Positions 27,347-39,226 are shown, numbered from the stretch's first letter. The stretch is DNA of 64,000 nucleotides from Octopus vulgaris (GCA_951406725.2 OX597818.1:18104001-18168000); one strand, 5' to 3'. Numbers and translations are program-made. Notes: a model not told the origin generated them from the sequence alone.

Positions 27347-28141
27347 TTAACCTTTTAGCATTCAAACTGGCCATATCCAGCCAAAATAGTCTTCCTGTTT
27401 TATGTCCAAACTGGTCAGATCCAGCCTCTCACACCTACCCTACAATGTTAGTCTAAAAAATATACAGTCATGTAATCAAAATCTTATGGTTACAAGATAA
27501 TGCAGGATAAATTCAAACCAATGTGAATAAATAAGCATTGCATTTGATAAAATAATCTGAACGCTACAGAGTTAACCCTCTAGTAATCAGAGTATTCTGT
27601 TAAATGTAATGCTTATTCATTCATACTATATTTTGATTGAAGAGTAAAGAGTCCCTTCGATCATGAATGACCATGGGATTGCACCTACAAAGTTACCTTC
27701 TGAGGAACAAGTCCAGACAAGGTTGTTTATGGAAGACTAGCAGTTGCCCATGCATACCAGCCTCCTCACTCTATGCTACCAGTGTTATCCAAGGGAAAGG
27801 TAAAGGCTGATACAGCTTGGCACCAATGATGTTGCAACTCATTTCTACAGCTGAGTGAACTGGAGCAAAATGAAATAAAGCGTCTTTGCTCAAGAACACA
27901 ACACACATCCCAGTCCAGTCCAGGAATCAAACTCACTACCTCACGATTGTGAGCCTGACATTCTAACCACTGATCCATGCATTAATCATGCATTATCTGA
28001 AAGTTTCAAGATTTCTATGATGTGATTGTATATTTTTCAAATGATATTGTAGGATAAGTGTAAGAGGCCAGATCTGGCCAATTTGAACATAAAACAGAAT
28101 ATTTGGGCCAGATATGGCCAGTTTAAATATCAAAGGGTTAA
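27347..28141. mobile_element. Two inverted copies of piggyBac-like MITE family 3 sharing a central TTAA; the second carries a SINE at about 27640-27982
   Basis: TTAA at 27347, 27572 and 28138. aaactggccatatc at the left is mirrored by gatatggccagttt at the right. Same family at 49319-49548, about 40760-40990 and about 2383-2846. Confidence 0.75.
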
Positions 28142-29559
28142 GCCTATTTCAACATTCTGCCAATTCACCACCTTTCAAATTAAATAAATTAAGGGGAATA
28201 ACTCGAATGGATCAGTGGCACAAATTTAAAATTGATAGGTTAAGGAATAAAGTTGTATGTGAAGAACATTCTCAATTAACTGAAATTTTCCTGTGTTGGA
28301 GAAAGAAAGAAAAAATCAAATTTAACTAATGGTTGGTGACTCTCAAAGAAAAAGTGAAATATCTTCAAGTAATTTCAAGTGAAAAAAAGCCACTTGTCTT
28401 TCCCATCCACACCTTAATTCTAAGCAAATGCCCATAAGGCAAAATTCATTATCTTTGGTTTCACACTATAAAGGAAAGGATAGCTCAATAAGGGAGTCTC
28501 TACTTAGTCGTTCAACCAAATTTTCCTCCAAAACACACAATGGCAGCAGTGGCATCAACATCATCATCACAACAACAACTATTTTTCCATGCCTGGCATG
28601 GGCCAGGTGGAGTTCATTATAGCAGATTTTCTACAGTTTTATGCCCTCCCTGTCACCAACCCTCAACCGTGGGTCAGACATGTTCTCATAGGAGGCTGGA
28701 AATGAACAGCACTGCTTATATGATACCCATTTACAATTATTATATGAAGTCAAGGCAGGTAGGCAAAAACACATACATACAATTGGCTTCTTTTTGTTTA
28801 TGTATACTAAATCTACGGACAAGGTTTTAGTCAGCCTTGGATGAAAGTAGAAGATATTCACTCAAGCTATCTTGCAGTGGGACTGAACCTCAATCTTTAA
28901 AGTTGGGAAGGTAACTTCTTGACCTCACACCCATGGCTGTGCTAAAACTAACTTTAAAAAATAGGAAGGATAAACTGAATTGAATGATGTATGGGAGACA
29001 GTAGATGTACTATCTCTATAAAGGACATGATGGTTATAATTGGAATGTCTTTGATCATAAGTTCTGTTAAATGAAAGACAGCCTGGGGCTAAACAGCGAT
29101 AACAACTTTAATAACAGCTGTCATAACGGCAACATTTGGGAAACATATATTGCCATACAATAGCTTCAAACACAATAAAACAAGTGAAACTTGAATCCTA
29201 TACAGTAAAGGAAATTATTTTCTACACAAGAAATATGATTGATAAAGAAAGAAAAGAACATTTGTAAAACAAACTCAGCTTTTCTTTTGTAAATTATCTG
29301 TTAAAATCTTGATTTATGATCGTGACCATTGATAATAAACTGAGTTGATATTATAATGACTCCATAAAATTGTACCAAAAAAATTAGAGATTTACAGAAA
29401 ATTACGATTTCAACAATTGTTAATCGAGTAACAAAAAGAAAAAGAGAAAAAAATTTTCCACCGTTTAAATGATTAAACCTTTTGTTATAGGGATTTTTCT
29501 TCTATTTTTCTTTTCTTTTTTTTTTTTGTTGTTGTTTTGTTTTTGTTTTCTCTCATCAG

Positions 29560-29708
29560 ATTTAATAATCAGAAAGCTAAGTTCAGCCAAGAAATCAACT
29601 CGACTAACAAAGAGTTAGAAAAAACATTTTTGTCACCTCAGAACCAAAATAAGAAAGAGAGATCAGCTTTTTCTATCTATTGATTCTGTGGCACAATATT
29701 TCTGACAG
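29560..29708 (+). other. Candidate plus-strand exon (149 nt)
   Basis: About 60-nt pyrimidine tract ending ctctcatcAG|; donor CAG|GTATGG. One frame reads FNNQKAKFSQEINSTNKELEKTFLSPQNQNKKERSAFSIY*. Confidence 0.45.
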
Positions 29709-30302
29709 GTATGGTCTGTGTATAGAGAATAAAAATTACTGAAAATCAATAAAGCATTAAATGTCTATGGATTTAGAGACATAGAACAGTGAAAGGAAAA
29801 AAATAAAACCTAAGAGAGAATGAGAATACGAAAGTATGAGAGAAAGTTAGAACAAGTGTAAGAGAAACACTGTGTGTGTGTGAGGAGAAAGAGAGCAAAA
29901 GAGAAGTGGATAGAGAATGGAAGAGAAAAACACAAATGAAGACAGAGAAAAAAACAGGAAGAATGACTGAAAAGGATGAAATAAAAGGAAAACAAACAGA
30001 TAAGGAAAGAAAGTAAGGAACTTGTAGAGTTATTGGAGCATCGGGCAAAATACCTGTAGTATTTATTTGAATTCTTTGCATTATGAATTCTAAATACAGT
30101 TAAGGACAACATTATGTTTTGATTGTTTCAGGATCAATATACAAAGTAACCAGTCTAGGGGAGTAGGTTGGCTGAATTGTTAGAGCATCAGATAAAACAC
30201 TCTGTGATATCTGTTTTGCTCTTTGCATTCCAATTTCAAATTCTGTCTTCTATGGCTAACCTTATAATGGTGAGAAAAGGGTCTTTCAAAACCTGAATAA
30301 CA

Positions 30303-30870
30303 CAATAATAATGAATTTATTGTATACAGTGCTCAAGTGCACTACAACTCATCAGCTGTTCAGTGACTTCGAGGGCCACCTCCCAGTGATGTCGGGCGTC
30401 AACGAAGAGCCCTCGACTACAACAAGATGACCAAAGTTTTTTTTTTTCCAAGGTCTGGGGTCTCCCGTCCCTAAGCCCTAGACCATCACCTAATCACCCT
30501 TACTCGTCTTGTTGCTTAACAACAACAACAACTCATCAGAAAAAGTAACCAAAAGTGCAAGACAGTACATAGAATAATGCACAGGAAGTGAACAGTGAAT
30601 GAGTTGTTTAAAAAAGCGATGGTGGGGGGCATCAGGTGTACTGCTGGCCAATTTCAGGAAGCATGGAAGTTTTGGAGGATGAAGTATCCCAACAGCTAAG
30701 AACTGATGGGGGCAGTTCATTCAATGCTTCAGCAATCTGGTGCGTGAAAAAAATGTTTCCATAAGTCATGGGTGCTGTGTTGTTTTCGATTTTGTAAGCA
30801 TGTCCATGAGTGTTAAACAAAAATGGTACCTAAGGTTGTTGGAAAGGTGGATAATCTTGTAGGTGCCTAA
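30303..30870 (-). mobile_element. CR1/L2-group LINE 3' end, interrupted by a younger insertion at 30356-30527
   Basis: NTHGHAYKI...FFTHQIAEALNELPPSV..TSS matches the CR1 ORF2 C-terminal pattern (TRGH..K..FF..RV...WN.LP). Tail ends caataaattc(att)n. Confidence 0.8.
30356..30527 (+). mobile_element. Short 5'-truncated retroposon 3' end with (CAA)n tail
   Basis: Flanked by direct repeat acaactcatcag (30344-30355, 30528-30539). GC-rich and ends in (AAC)n. Confidence 0.7.
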
Positions 30871-31989
30871 CAGTGATGGGCATCCAATTTTATTCAAATA
30901 TTATATCATGAATCTTGAAGAGGAAGAGATACAAAGTCAATTTTGCCTTTCATTCTTTTGGGTTGATAAACAAATTAAAGTTCCAGCTTAGGAGAGTGAA
31001 TTAACAGAACTTAGAACATCAGACACCTATCAGTATTTATTCTGGCTTCTTGTAGTCCAAGTTCAAATCCTAGAGTATCCTACTTGGGCAGGAAACTTAA
31101 TCTGTTTGAATGGTTAATATCACTATGTTGTGTTTCAATGCCTTTACCTGAGCCTACCATTACTGCCAGTATTCAGGTAAGGTCTTTAATTTAAGGATAG
31201 TTCTCTCTCTCTCATACCCTTCTTCACTAATTTTGAAGGCCCTGTGCAGAGTATTATGCACTGTGTTCCCCCACTGATCATCAAACGAAAAAAAAAAAAA
31301 TTGAAGCGACATTTTGATCAAATAAAAATGAGCAGATCATACTAAAAATAAAAGTAGAATAGATCAAACACAGACAGACAGATAGCTAAGGTTAAGGAAG
31401 GAGAGAAACGAGGGAAACAGATAGTAAAAAAACTGAAATAGGGAGGGAGATAAAGTTGAAGATATAGAATGATGTAAAAATCTGAAACAAGTTCTTTTTA
31501 TCACAGATTAAATCACTATGGTAATCATGTCTTTAAAGACAAGAAGGCTAAGGCTAGAACAGCTGTTGACACAGAGCTGACCAAGGGTTAAAAAAAAAAT
31601 TATACTTAAAACAGAGTTAAATAAATGCTAAAAATAATGTAATTATCCATCAATATTCCAGCAGTTCTAGAAATGTGAAATAGCTATATTTTCACTTAAA
31701 GATGGTGGTGGTGATAGTTGTGGTGGTGGTGGTGATGTTGGTGCTGGCAGCAGCAGCAGTGTGGAGTGTGGAATAACAAAACGATTTATTGGAAATACAG
31801 AGAACATTTATTAATAAAAACAAAAAAGAAAATCAACCACAAATATCGTATTGTGGACCTTGAAATAAAGCAAGTGATGCAATAGATTTGAGGCATTATA
31901 CGTCATTTTATGGTTTCGTGTGTCATACAGAGATATGGATGAGCACAGTTGTATATTAATAATGAACTAGTTTATCTTAAAACATTCAC

Positions 31990-33450
31990 AACAACAGGTC
32001 ACTGTGACCGTATGAAGTACCAGGTCACAGTGACCATTCAGAGTACCGGGTCACGGTGACAATTCTAAGTAGCAGGTCACTGTGATCACTGGAAGTACCA
32101 GAGCCTTGTTACTATCTGAGTTTCTGACAATATTTCTCATCGCTGGTATTTTTGAGTTGTCGCCCATGCCTTTGATTCCGCAATGTTTTTGAACATTGTT
32201 TACCCCACTTCAATATAGGGCAGTATTGATTAATCGAAGTTATCATGCTTCCCACATTATACATCTAAGCATTTGCTTTTCTAACAATGGCTTAAGAATG
32301 CTTATAACAATAGGCACTATCTACATTGTTAACAACAGGTCACTGGGTACATTCCTAACAAAGAGTCCACCATTAATGTTTTTTTTACAAAAGTCAGTGT
32401 GATGGCTTCTAATAACAAGTTTGTCACATGAATATTTTTAACAGGTCACAGTGAATGCATCTAACAATAGATCGGCATGATTGTTGTTAATAGGTGGCTG
32501 TTGTTAACACTTCCAAAATAGGCCACTATGGGGGCTTCTATCAATAGGTCAGTCACCAAGGTTTTTTACAATAAGTCAGCCAACACTTCCAATAGGCCAC
32601 TGTGAAAGCTTCTAACAATAGGTCAGTCCCCATGAAGATGTTTAATAATAGGTCACTGTGAACATTTCCAACAATAGGCCACTGCCAAGGCTTCTAACAA
32701 TAGGTCAGTCACCAAGGTCTTTAACAATAAGTCAGCCAACACTTCCAATAGGCCACTGTGAAAGCTTCTAACAATAGGTCAGTTCCCATGAAGATGCTTA
32801 ATAATAGGTCACTGAACACTTCCAACAATAGGCCACTGCCAAGGCTTCTAACAATAGGTCAGTCACCAAGGTCTTTAACAATAAGTCAGTCAACACTTCA
32901 AATAGGCCACTGTGAAAGCTTCTAACAATAGGTCAGTCCCCATGAAGATGTTTAATAATAGGTCACTGTGAACACTTCCAACAATAGGCCACTGCCAAGG
33001 CTTCTAACAATAGGTCAGTCACCATGAAGGTCTTTAACAATAGGCCATTGTTGACATTTCTAACAATAAGTCACCACAAACATTTCTAAAAATAGGTCAC
33101 ACAGAATGTTTTTAATAACAAGTCACTTTAAACAATAGGTCACAGTGAACACCTCAACAACAGGTCACCATGAACGTTTTTTTAACAATAGGTCACTTCA
33201 AACAATGGATCACTGAATATGTTTAAAAATAGGACATCATAAATATTTCTAGTAATAGCTAATAGAAACATTTAAAAAAAAAAGCACTATGCCTATTTCT
33301 ATTGGTGAACTATTGTTGTAAGCAGAAATACTCCAAGCAATAGGTCACACTGAATGCTTTCCGTAATAATTTACCATTAACCTTTCCAACAATAGATATC
33401 TACAAACATTGTTAAAAGTGTCACTATGGACATTGATAACAAAAGGGTCA
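31990..33450. repeat. ~26-bp minisatellite (core aataggtca) with a 156-bp six-monomer higher-order repeat at about 32515-33050
   Basis: aataggtcagtcacc recurs at 32543, 32699, 32853 and 33009 (156/154/156 bp). Monomer lengths are 26, 27, 21, 26, 30 and 26. Confidence 0.95.
31997..32087. promoter_or_regulatory. Four phased ERE-type palindromes (GGTCAnnnTGACC); function untested
   Basis: GGTCActgTGACC at 31997, GGTCAcagTGACC at 32023, GGTCAcggTGACA at 32049 and GGTCActgTGATC at 32075, exactly 26 bp apart. Confidence 0.45.
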
Positions 33451-33629
33451 TTATGATAGTTATAACTAGGTTGCAGTGAGCATTTTGAAAAACAGAGCAC
33501 TACATATTTGCTAATAATATTTCAGTGTCTGTAAATGTAATAATATTAACCATGAAATTGTTGTGAAGAAGCTAATGATAATTTACTTTGAAGTTAGCTA
33601 GCTCAGCAGGAACTTGAGAATAATAATAA

Positions 33630-34048
33630 ATAGAAATCAGCAAAATGTGGAACCTGAAGACTAAAACAATACCTGTTGTCATAGGTGCCCTGGGAATGAT
33701 AGCAAAAGGGGCTGATAGCTACCTAACTCAGATACCAGGAAAACCAAAAATGGCAGAAATTCAAAAGATAGTGCTCATGGGAACTGCTCATATCCTACGC
33801 AAAATACTTTCTATGTAATCTCAAGGTTTAAACAAACATAATTTTCGGTTTAAAAAAAAAATTTTTTTTTTTAGACATTCATTAGTACAACACCAAAAAA
33901 AACCCCCAAATATATGGCACAGTAGGCATCACAACAACATGAACTTCCAACCTGTTGTCTCTTGAGGTCTCTGGGTGAGACTTGGAGCCAACTTGTACAA
34001 ATATAAAGCAAAAGTCAAACATAGAATAATAATAATAATAATAATAAT
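33630..34048 (+). mobile_element. R4/Dong-like retrotransposon 3' end with intact C-terminal frame, 3' UTR and (TAA)n tail
   Basis: 33630-33818 reads IEISKMWNLKTKTIPVVIGALGMIAKGADSYLTQIPGKPKMAEIQKIVLMGTAHILRKILSM*. (TAA)n lies on both sides (33619-33629 and 34025-34048). Confidence 0.9.
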
Positions 34049-34099
34049 TTAATCTAAAATCATTGGCAATAGTTTGCCAGTAACATGCTATAAGAAATG

Positions 34100-34468
34100 A
34101 TGATGATGATGATTTCAAATTTTGGAACGAGGTCAGCAATATTGGAGTAAGAGGTAAGTCGATTACATTGACCCCAGTACTCAAACTGGTACTTGTTTTT
34201 ATTGACCCTCAAAGGGATGAAAGACAAAGTCATCCCTGACAGAAGTTGAACTTAGAACATGAAGACAGAAGAAATGCCACTAAGTATTTCATCCAGTATA
34301 CTAATGATTCTGCCACTGCACCACCTTAATAATAATAATCATCCTTTCTACTAAAGGCACAAGGATGAAAGGCAAAGGCAATCTCAGCAGAATTTGAACT
34401 TAAAAACAGATGAAATACTGCAAATCATTTTGCCCAGTGTGTTAATGATTCAGCCAGCTTCTCACCTC

Positions 34469-34531
<63 letters not shown>

Positions 34532-34745
34532 CCTTTCTACTGGGGGCACAAGGACTCAAATTTGTGGAGAGGGAGCAAGTCAATTACATCGACCCCAGTG
34601 TTTTACTGGTGCTTAATTTATCAACCCTGAACAGATGAAAGGCAAAGTCGACCTTGGCAGAATTAGAACTCAGAACATGCAGACGAACGAAATGCCACTA
34701 AGCAGTCTACCTAGCATGCTAACGATTATGCCAGCTTGCTGCCTT
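34100..34745 (-). mobile_element. Second tandem chain of family A SINEs separated by (TAA)n/(TGA)n
   Basis: Copies at about 34112-34327, 34342-34468 and 34531-34745; long (TAA)n at 34469-34531. Confidence 0.85.
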
Positions 34746-35169
34746 GATGATGATGATAAAAATCATGTTGTCTGCAAACAAACACCATCAACCACTTGTC
34801 TCTAGAATTCCCTTTCCTATATTGCCTTTGATAGGTCACAATGTTTCTAGCAATAGTTAACAGGAACATTAAAAAAAAGCATTACCATGCACATTTTTGA
34901 CAGTGAACTATTGTTGTAAGCTTAAATACTCAAAGCAATAGGTCACACTAAATGTTTTTCACAAGTCATAAAAGTTAGCAATGCATGAACATTGAACAAG
35001 GGAATGCAGAATGGTTGCATTGCCCTTTGCACATCAACAGACAGGCCTGGCTGACAGATCTACCATGCTTGTAGATTTTATCCCAAACTGGTAATGCCGC
35101 AGTACCAAACCTGATAACATGTAGTTACAAAGTGAACTCCTTAATCACAAAAATATACCTCTGTCCTAT

Positions 35170-35350
35170 TATAGTGAAACTATCACCAGCAAATTACTAG
35201 TGAACTATAACAGTGAACAAAATATTAGCAAATTACAAGTGAACTACCATTAGTAAGTTAACAGTGAACTGTTATTAAAAACTTACTAGTGAAGTGTTAT
35301 TAGCAAATTCATGATAGACTGTTATTAGAAATTTACTGGTAAACTAGTTT
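35170..35350. repeat. Degenerate ~25-bp minisatellite (ttactagtgaactgttattagcaaa)
   Basis: About 7 decayed copies of agtgaact...ttagcaaa. Confidence 0.75.
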
Positions 35351-37137
35351 CAGTGACTTACTACTACTAATTCATTAGTATCGTACTAATAATTAGCCTT
35401 CATGAACTTGCTAATGAATATGATAAGTCATTATAACAGCTATTTATTTTTTAATTATATCACATTACTTACTTCTAATAATAGACCTTTCTTTGTCATA
35501 TGTTAATAATAGTCTAAACATAGACATTTTTGATAATAAGTCACAGTAAAATTGTTAATAGAGCACTAAGCTTGCTGTTACTTCAAAATGTAAAGAAACA
35601 GCTAAGTACAACGAGACCTTCACCCCTTGCTCTCTTGATTCTGCTAAGTACCACCCTTGATAATGATAGCTTCGAATTTCAGCAAATCCAAGGGAGACAG
35701 AGTTAGTCAATTACACTGGTCCCCACAGTGCTCAAATGATACTTATTTCATCAATTCTGAAAAGATGAAAGGCAAAATCAAACTCAATGGAATTTGAACA
35801 CAGAATGTAAAGAGCTGAAAGAAATGCAGCCAAGCATCTAGTCTGATGTATTAACAATTCTACCAGCTTGCCACTTTACCTTTAGTAATAATTTTTATTA
35901 GTAATAATAAAAGTCGCTGATGTTAGTACAATGTCACACATTTTGAAGGAAGGATGTAGACTCCAACATTTTGACTGTTACTTATTTACTCAGCTCTTTT
36001 GCACCCCAAGTTCAGTGCAGCAAGGACCACATTATACAATGGATTCTTTTTTAAGTCAGTAGGGTGTGATTTTAGGGAGATTTGGCAACTGCTTGTGGCA
36101 GGTAGAATAAACATGCAGAGGCCTCCTGCTCTCCAAGTACAGCACATTACCATTTTTAGGTAATTCTTTTATTTTACATTCCATGTTCAGATCTTGTACA
36201 GTTTGTGACTTTCTCTTTTATTTTTTAGAGATAAAGGAAAGTAACTGACCAGTAAATAAGATACACCTGAACTCTTTTGAAATAATTTGTAGCCTGCCTT
36301 GTGCTAATGTTAAAAACTAAGAATGGTCAACAAAGAAGTCTCTATTTGGTTGCTAAGCTGGTTAGAAATAGCCAAATCTTTCTCACATCACATTCGGCTG
36401 TCTTAAATAATAAACTGTATTATGTAGTGCAGGATTCATTGTATTTGGAGAAAAACATAGGACAAAATTTGAACTCGTAATTTCTAGGCAAAAAGTGAGT
36501 CCAATAATGCTATATCCATTCAACCATTTTATGCATGCAATTATGTTTAAAATGATGACTTGTTCCTATTCATTGAACAGAAATCTTGAAACACACACAC
36601 ACCTCAATGTAGACATGACCATCCAATCTTCACCAATAGCACAGAGTGATCAACATATATAAAGGAAGTAGCTATGCTACACTACAAAGAGCATATTAAC
36701 TCCTGAACAACACACTATTAATAACTTACACAAACTTTACACAGGCTATACTTGAAAGTGTAATATGAATATTTCATAGTAACCACATATCAATAACCTG
36801 GTCAGAAATAAAAGGCAAGTCTTTTTTTTCTTTTTTTTTTCTGCGATATAATAATGTAGTAATGGAAGAATATAAACCGTTGCCACTTGCAAGCTAAAAC
36901 AGTATTCCTTAAACTGACAAATACCAAGAACCCTCAAAAATATTAGTGAACAATTTTTGCCTTCTCCTTCTCTCTTTATTATTGAGAAGACAGAATAGGG
37001 TTTTGCATTCATTCATTTAATTTTTCTTTCTTCGTCATGATGTTGGACAAGAATAAAGTTTAAAAATAATTTTATTAACCATGGCAATTTGTCATTCCCA
37101 ACCTTTCTCAATCCACTCAGCCAGTGATATCTTGTGT

Positions 37138-37430
37138 AGGCACATGGCCTAGTGGTTAGAGCAGCGGACTCGCGGTCAAGGGATCGCGGGTTTGAATCTC
37201 AGACTGGGCGATGTGTGTGCTTATGAGCGAAACACCTAAGCTCCACGCGGCTCCAGCAGAAGGTAATGGCAAACTTCTGCTGACTCTTTCACCACAACTT
37301 TCTCTCACTCTTTCCTCCTGCATCTTGCAGCTTACCTGCGACGGACTGGCGTCCCGTCCAGGTGGGGAACCTATACGTCAAGGAAACCGGCCCTTATGAG
37401 CCAGGCATGGCTCGAGAAGGAACAAACAGT
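37138..37430 (+). mobile_element. tRNA-derived SINE with the same head as 23562-23948 but a V-domain-like 3' half
   Basis: ggcctagtggttagagcagcggactcgcggtc head; cctgcgacggactggcgtcccgtccagg in the 3' half. Confidence 0.85.
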
Positions 37431-39226
37431 GCTATCTTAAAGTATGGACACAGTGGATAGATGCTCCAGGGGCCCTATAAGTCTAGAAAGATTGCTACTA
37501 ATCTGTTTCATGTGGCTGTGTATGTTGGAATCTCAGTGCATTGCTTTGCCCACCTTATTTGGGGTGGGCATGCTTTAACTCTTCTGATACCAACCTACTT
37601 ACGTCACTCCTAGTTCTATGATACAAAATTCCTGTTTTAAAATTATTTAAATTAAAACTGTCCATCAAAATTTTGTATTAATGTTCCAAACATGAGCTTA
37701 ATAATATCAAGGTTATTTTACTAAATTATTCTTAATCTTAAAAATTAACTGAAATAAAGGCAGTGTGTTTGAACAGAAATATGGTAATAAAAGGGTTATT
37801 AATAATTTTAAGCTGACTATAAAACTGTGCAAAGTTAATAGGGAACTTGTCTGTGAGCAAATAATTCAGCTATCAAAAAGGTAAAGCATTTAGTTCAAAG
37901 ACAACCTACAGTGGTCAGAGAACATCCAAAACGTCTCAAATTGTCAAGATTGTTGCTACAGCTGATATTCAGCTCAAATAACTTTAGAGTGATATCTGTA
38001 ACGAAAATGACAAGTAGATAAGTGAATTTCAGAAGGTCTGCGAAAATGTTTAATATTTTATACTGTATGCTGGGGAAGGCGTCTCCAGATACAGTAAGGA
38101 TGATAAGAGTAGAAGTGCATACACCAGATGTGGTACTATTTGCTAATTCAGAACAGAAACAGTTAAATGACAACATTAGAAACAGAGAAAGAGGGGGTAA
38201 TTGTCACAGCATGTTGAGCTGATGATTGCTAATTAGCAAGAGGCCTTTTATTCTTTTATTTGGATGTTGTCAAAGATGTTTGTATATGTAGCAGCATGTG
38301 TTTGTAACAGCTGTGCTGTATATGCATAATATTCTCAAATAGAACATGTATGTTCTATTTGATGTGAATAACACCCTGAAATGAACACGTTTATGTTTGC
38401 TTCGACTGTATAGTCCCAAATATGTGACTGATATTTAAGCATGAGACACACACACACATCTGTATAAGCTGTGTAAGCTCAGATATGTGGATAATTCTCA
38501 AGAATAGGATATTTTGCATGTGTAGAACATTCTGTATGTTTAGTGACAGTGCAACTCCATATACCTGAATAATTCTCTAGAAAGGTCATTGAGTGTGTTT
38601 GGCAATGGTAAAATCCCAAAGTTGTTTGTTGTTGTTGTTGTTTAAAGACAGGTCAGATAAGATTATAAACTTGTCATGAAAAGCATTCTACCTATGGTCA
38701 TCTTGTCATGTTAGGAATGTTTAAGAAAACATAGTTTATCTAATGTGCCATGTTTTTTTTTTATATGAAAGCAGGATATGATTTGATGGAAAATTGTTTG
38801 CTATTCATAGCAAATCACATGGCCACATAGAAATTCCTTGAGGCGTCATACTTGTATATTTGAAAGTAACACTATCTCACGTATGTGGGAAATACTCTAA
38901 TACAGCTAAACTGCGTGCGTATATCCACTGACACTAAGATATCTTTTATCTTAAATCTTTTACTTGTTTCAGTCATTAGACTGCAGTCATGCTGGGGCAG
39001 GCCAAGAAGAACTTTTAGTCGAATGAATTACACACTTGGAGTGGTTAGCATTAAGAAGAGCATCCAGCCATAGAAACCATGCCAAATCATATTGGGAGTC
39101 TGGTCCAGCCCCTCAGCTTACCAGTCTTGGTCAAACCGCCTAACCCATGCCAGCTTGGACAATGGACATTAAGTGATGATAAATCAAACCTTTTGATGCC
39201 AGTACTATTCTTTTTTTTGAGCTAAC

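Noticed and set aside
32515-33050. CRISPR-like or coding reading of the regular repeat
   Set aside because: The spacers are themselves repeated, the context is eukaryotic, no cas genes are present, most monomers are not multiples of 3, and a 2-bp deletion breaks the period.
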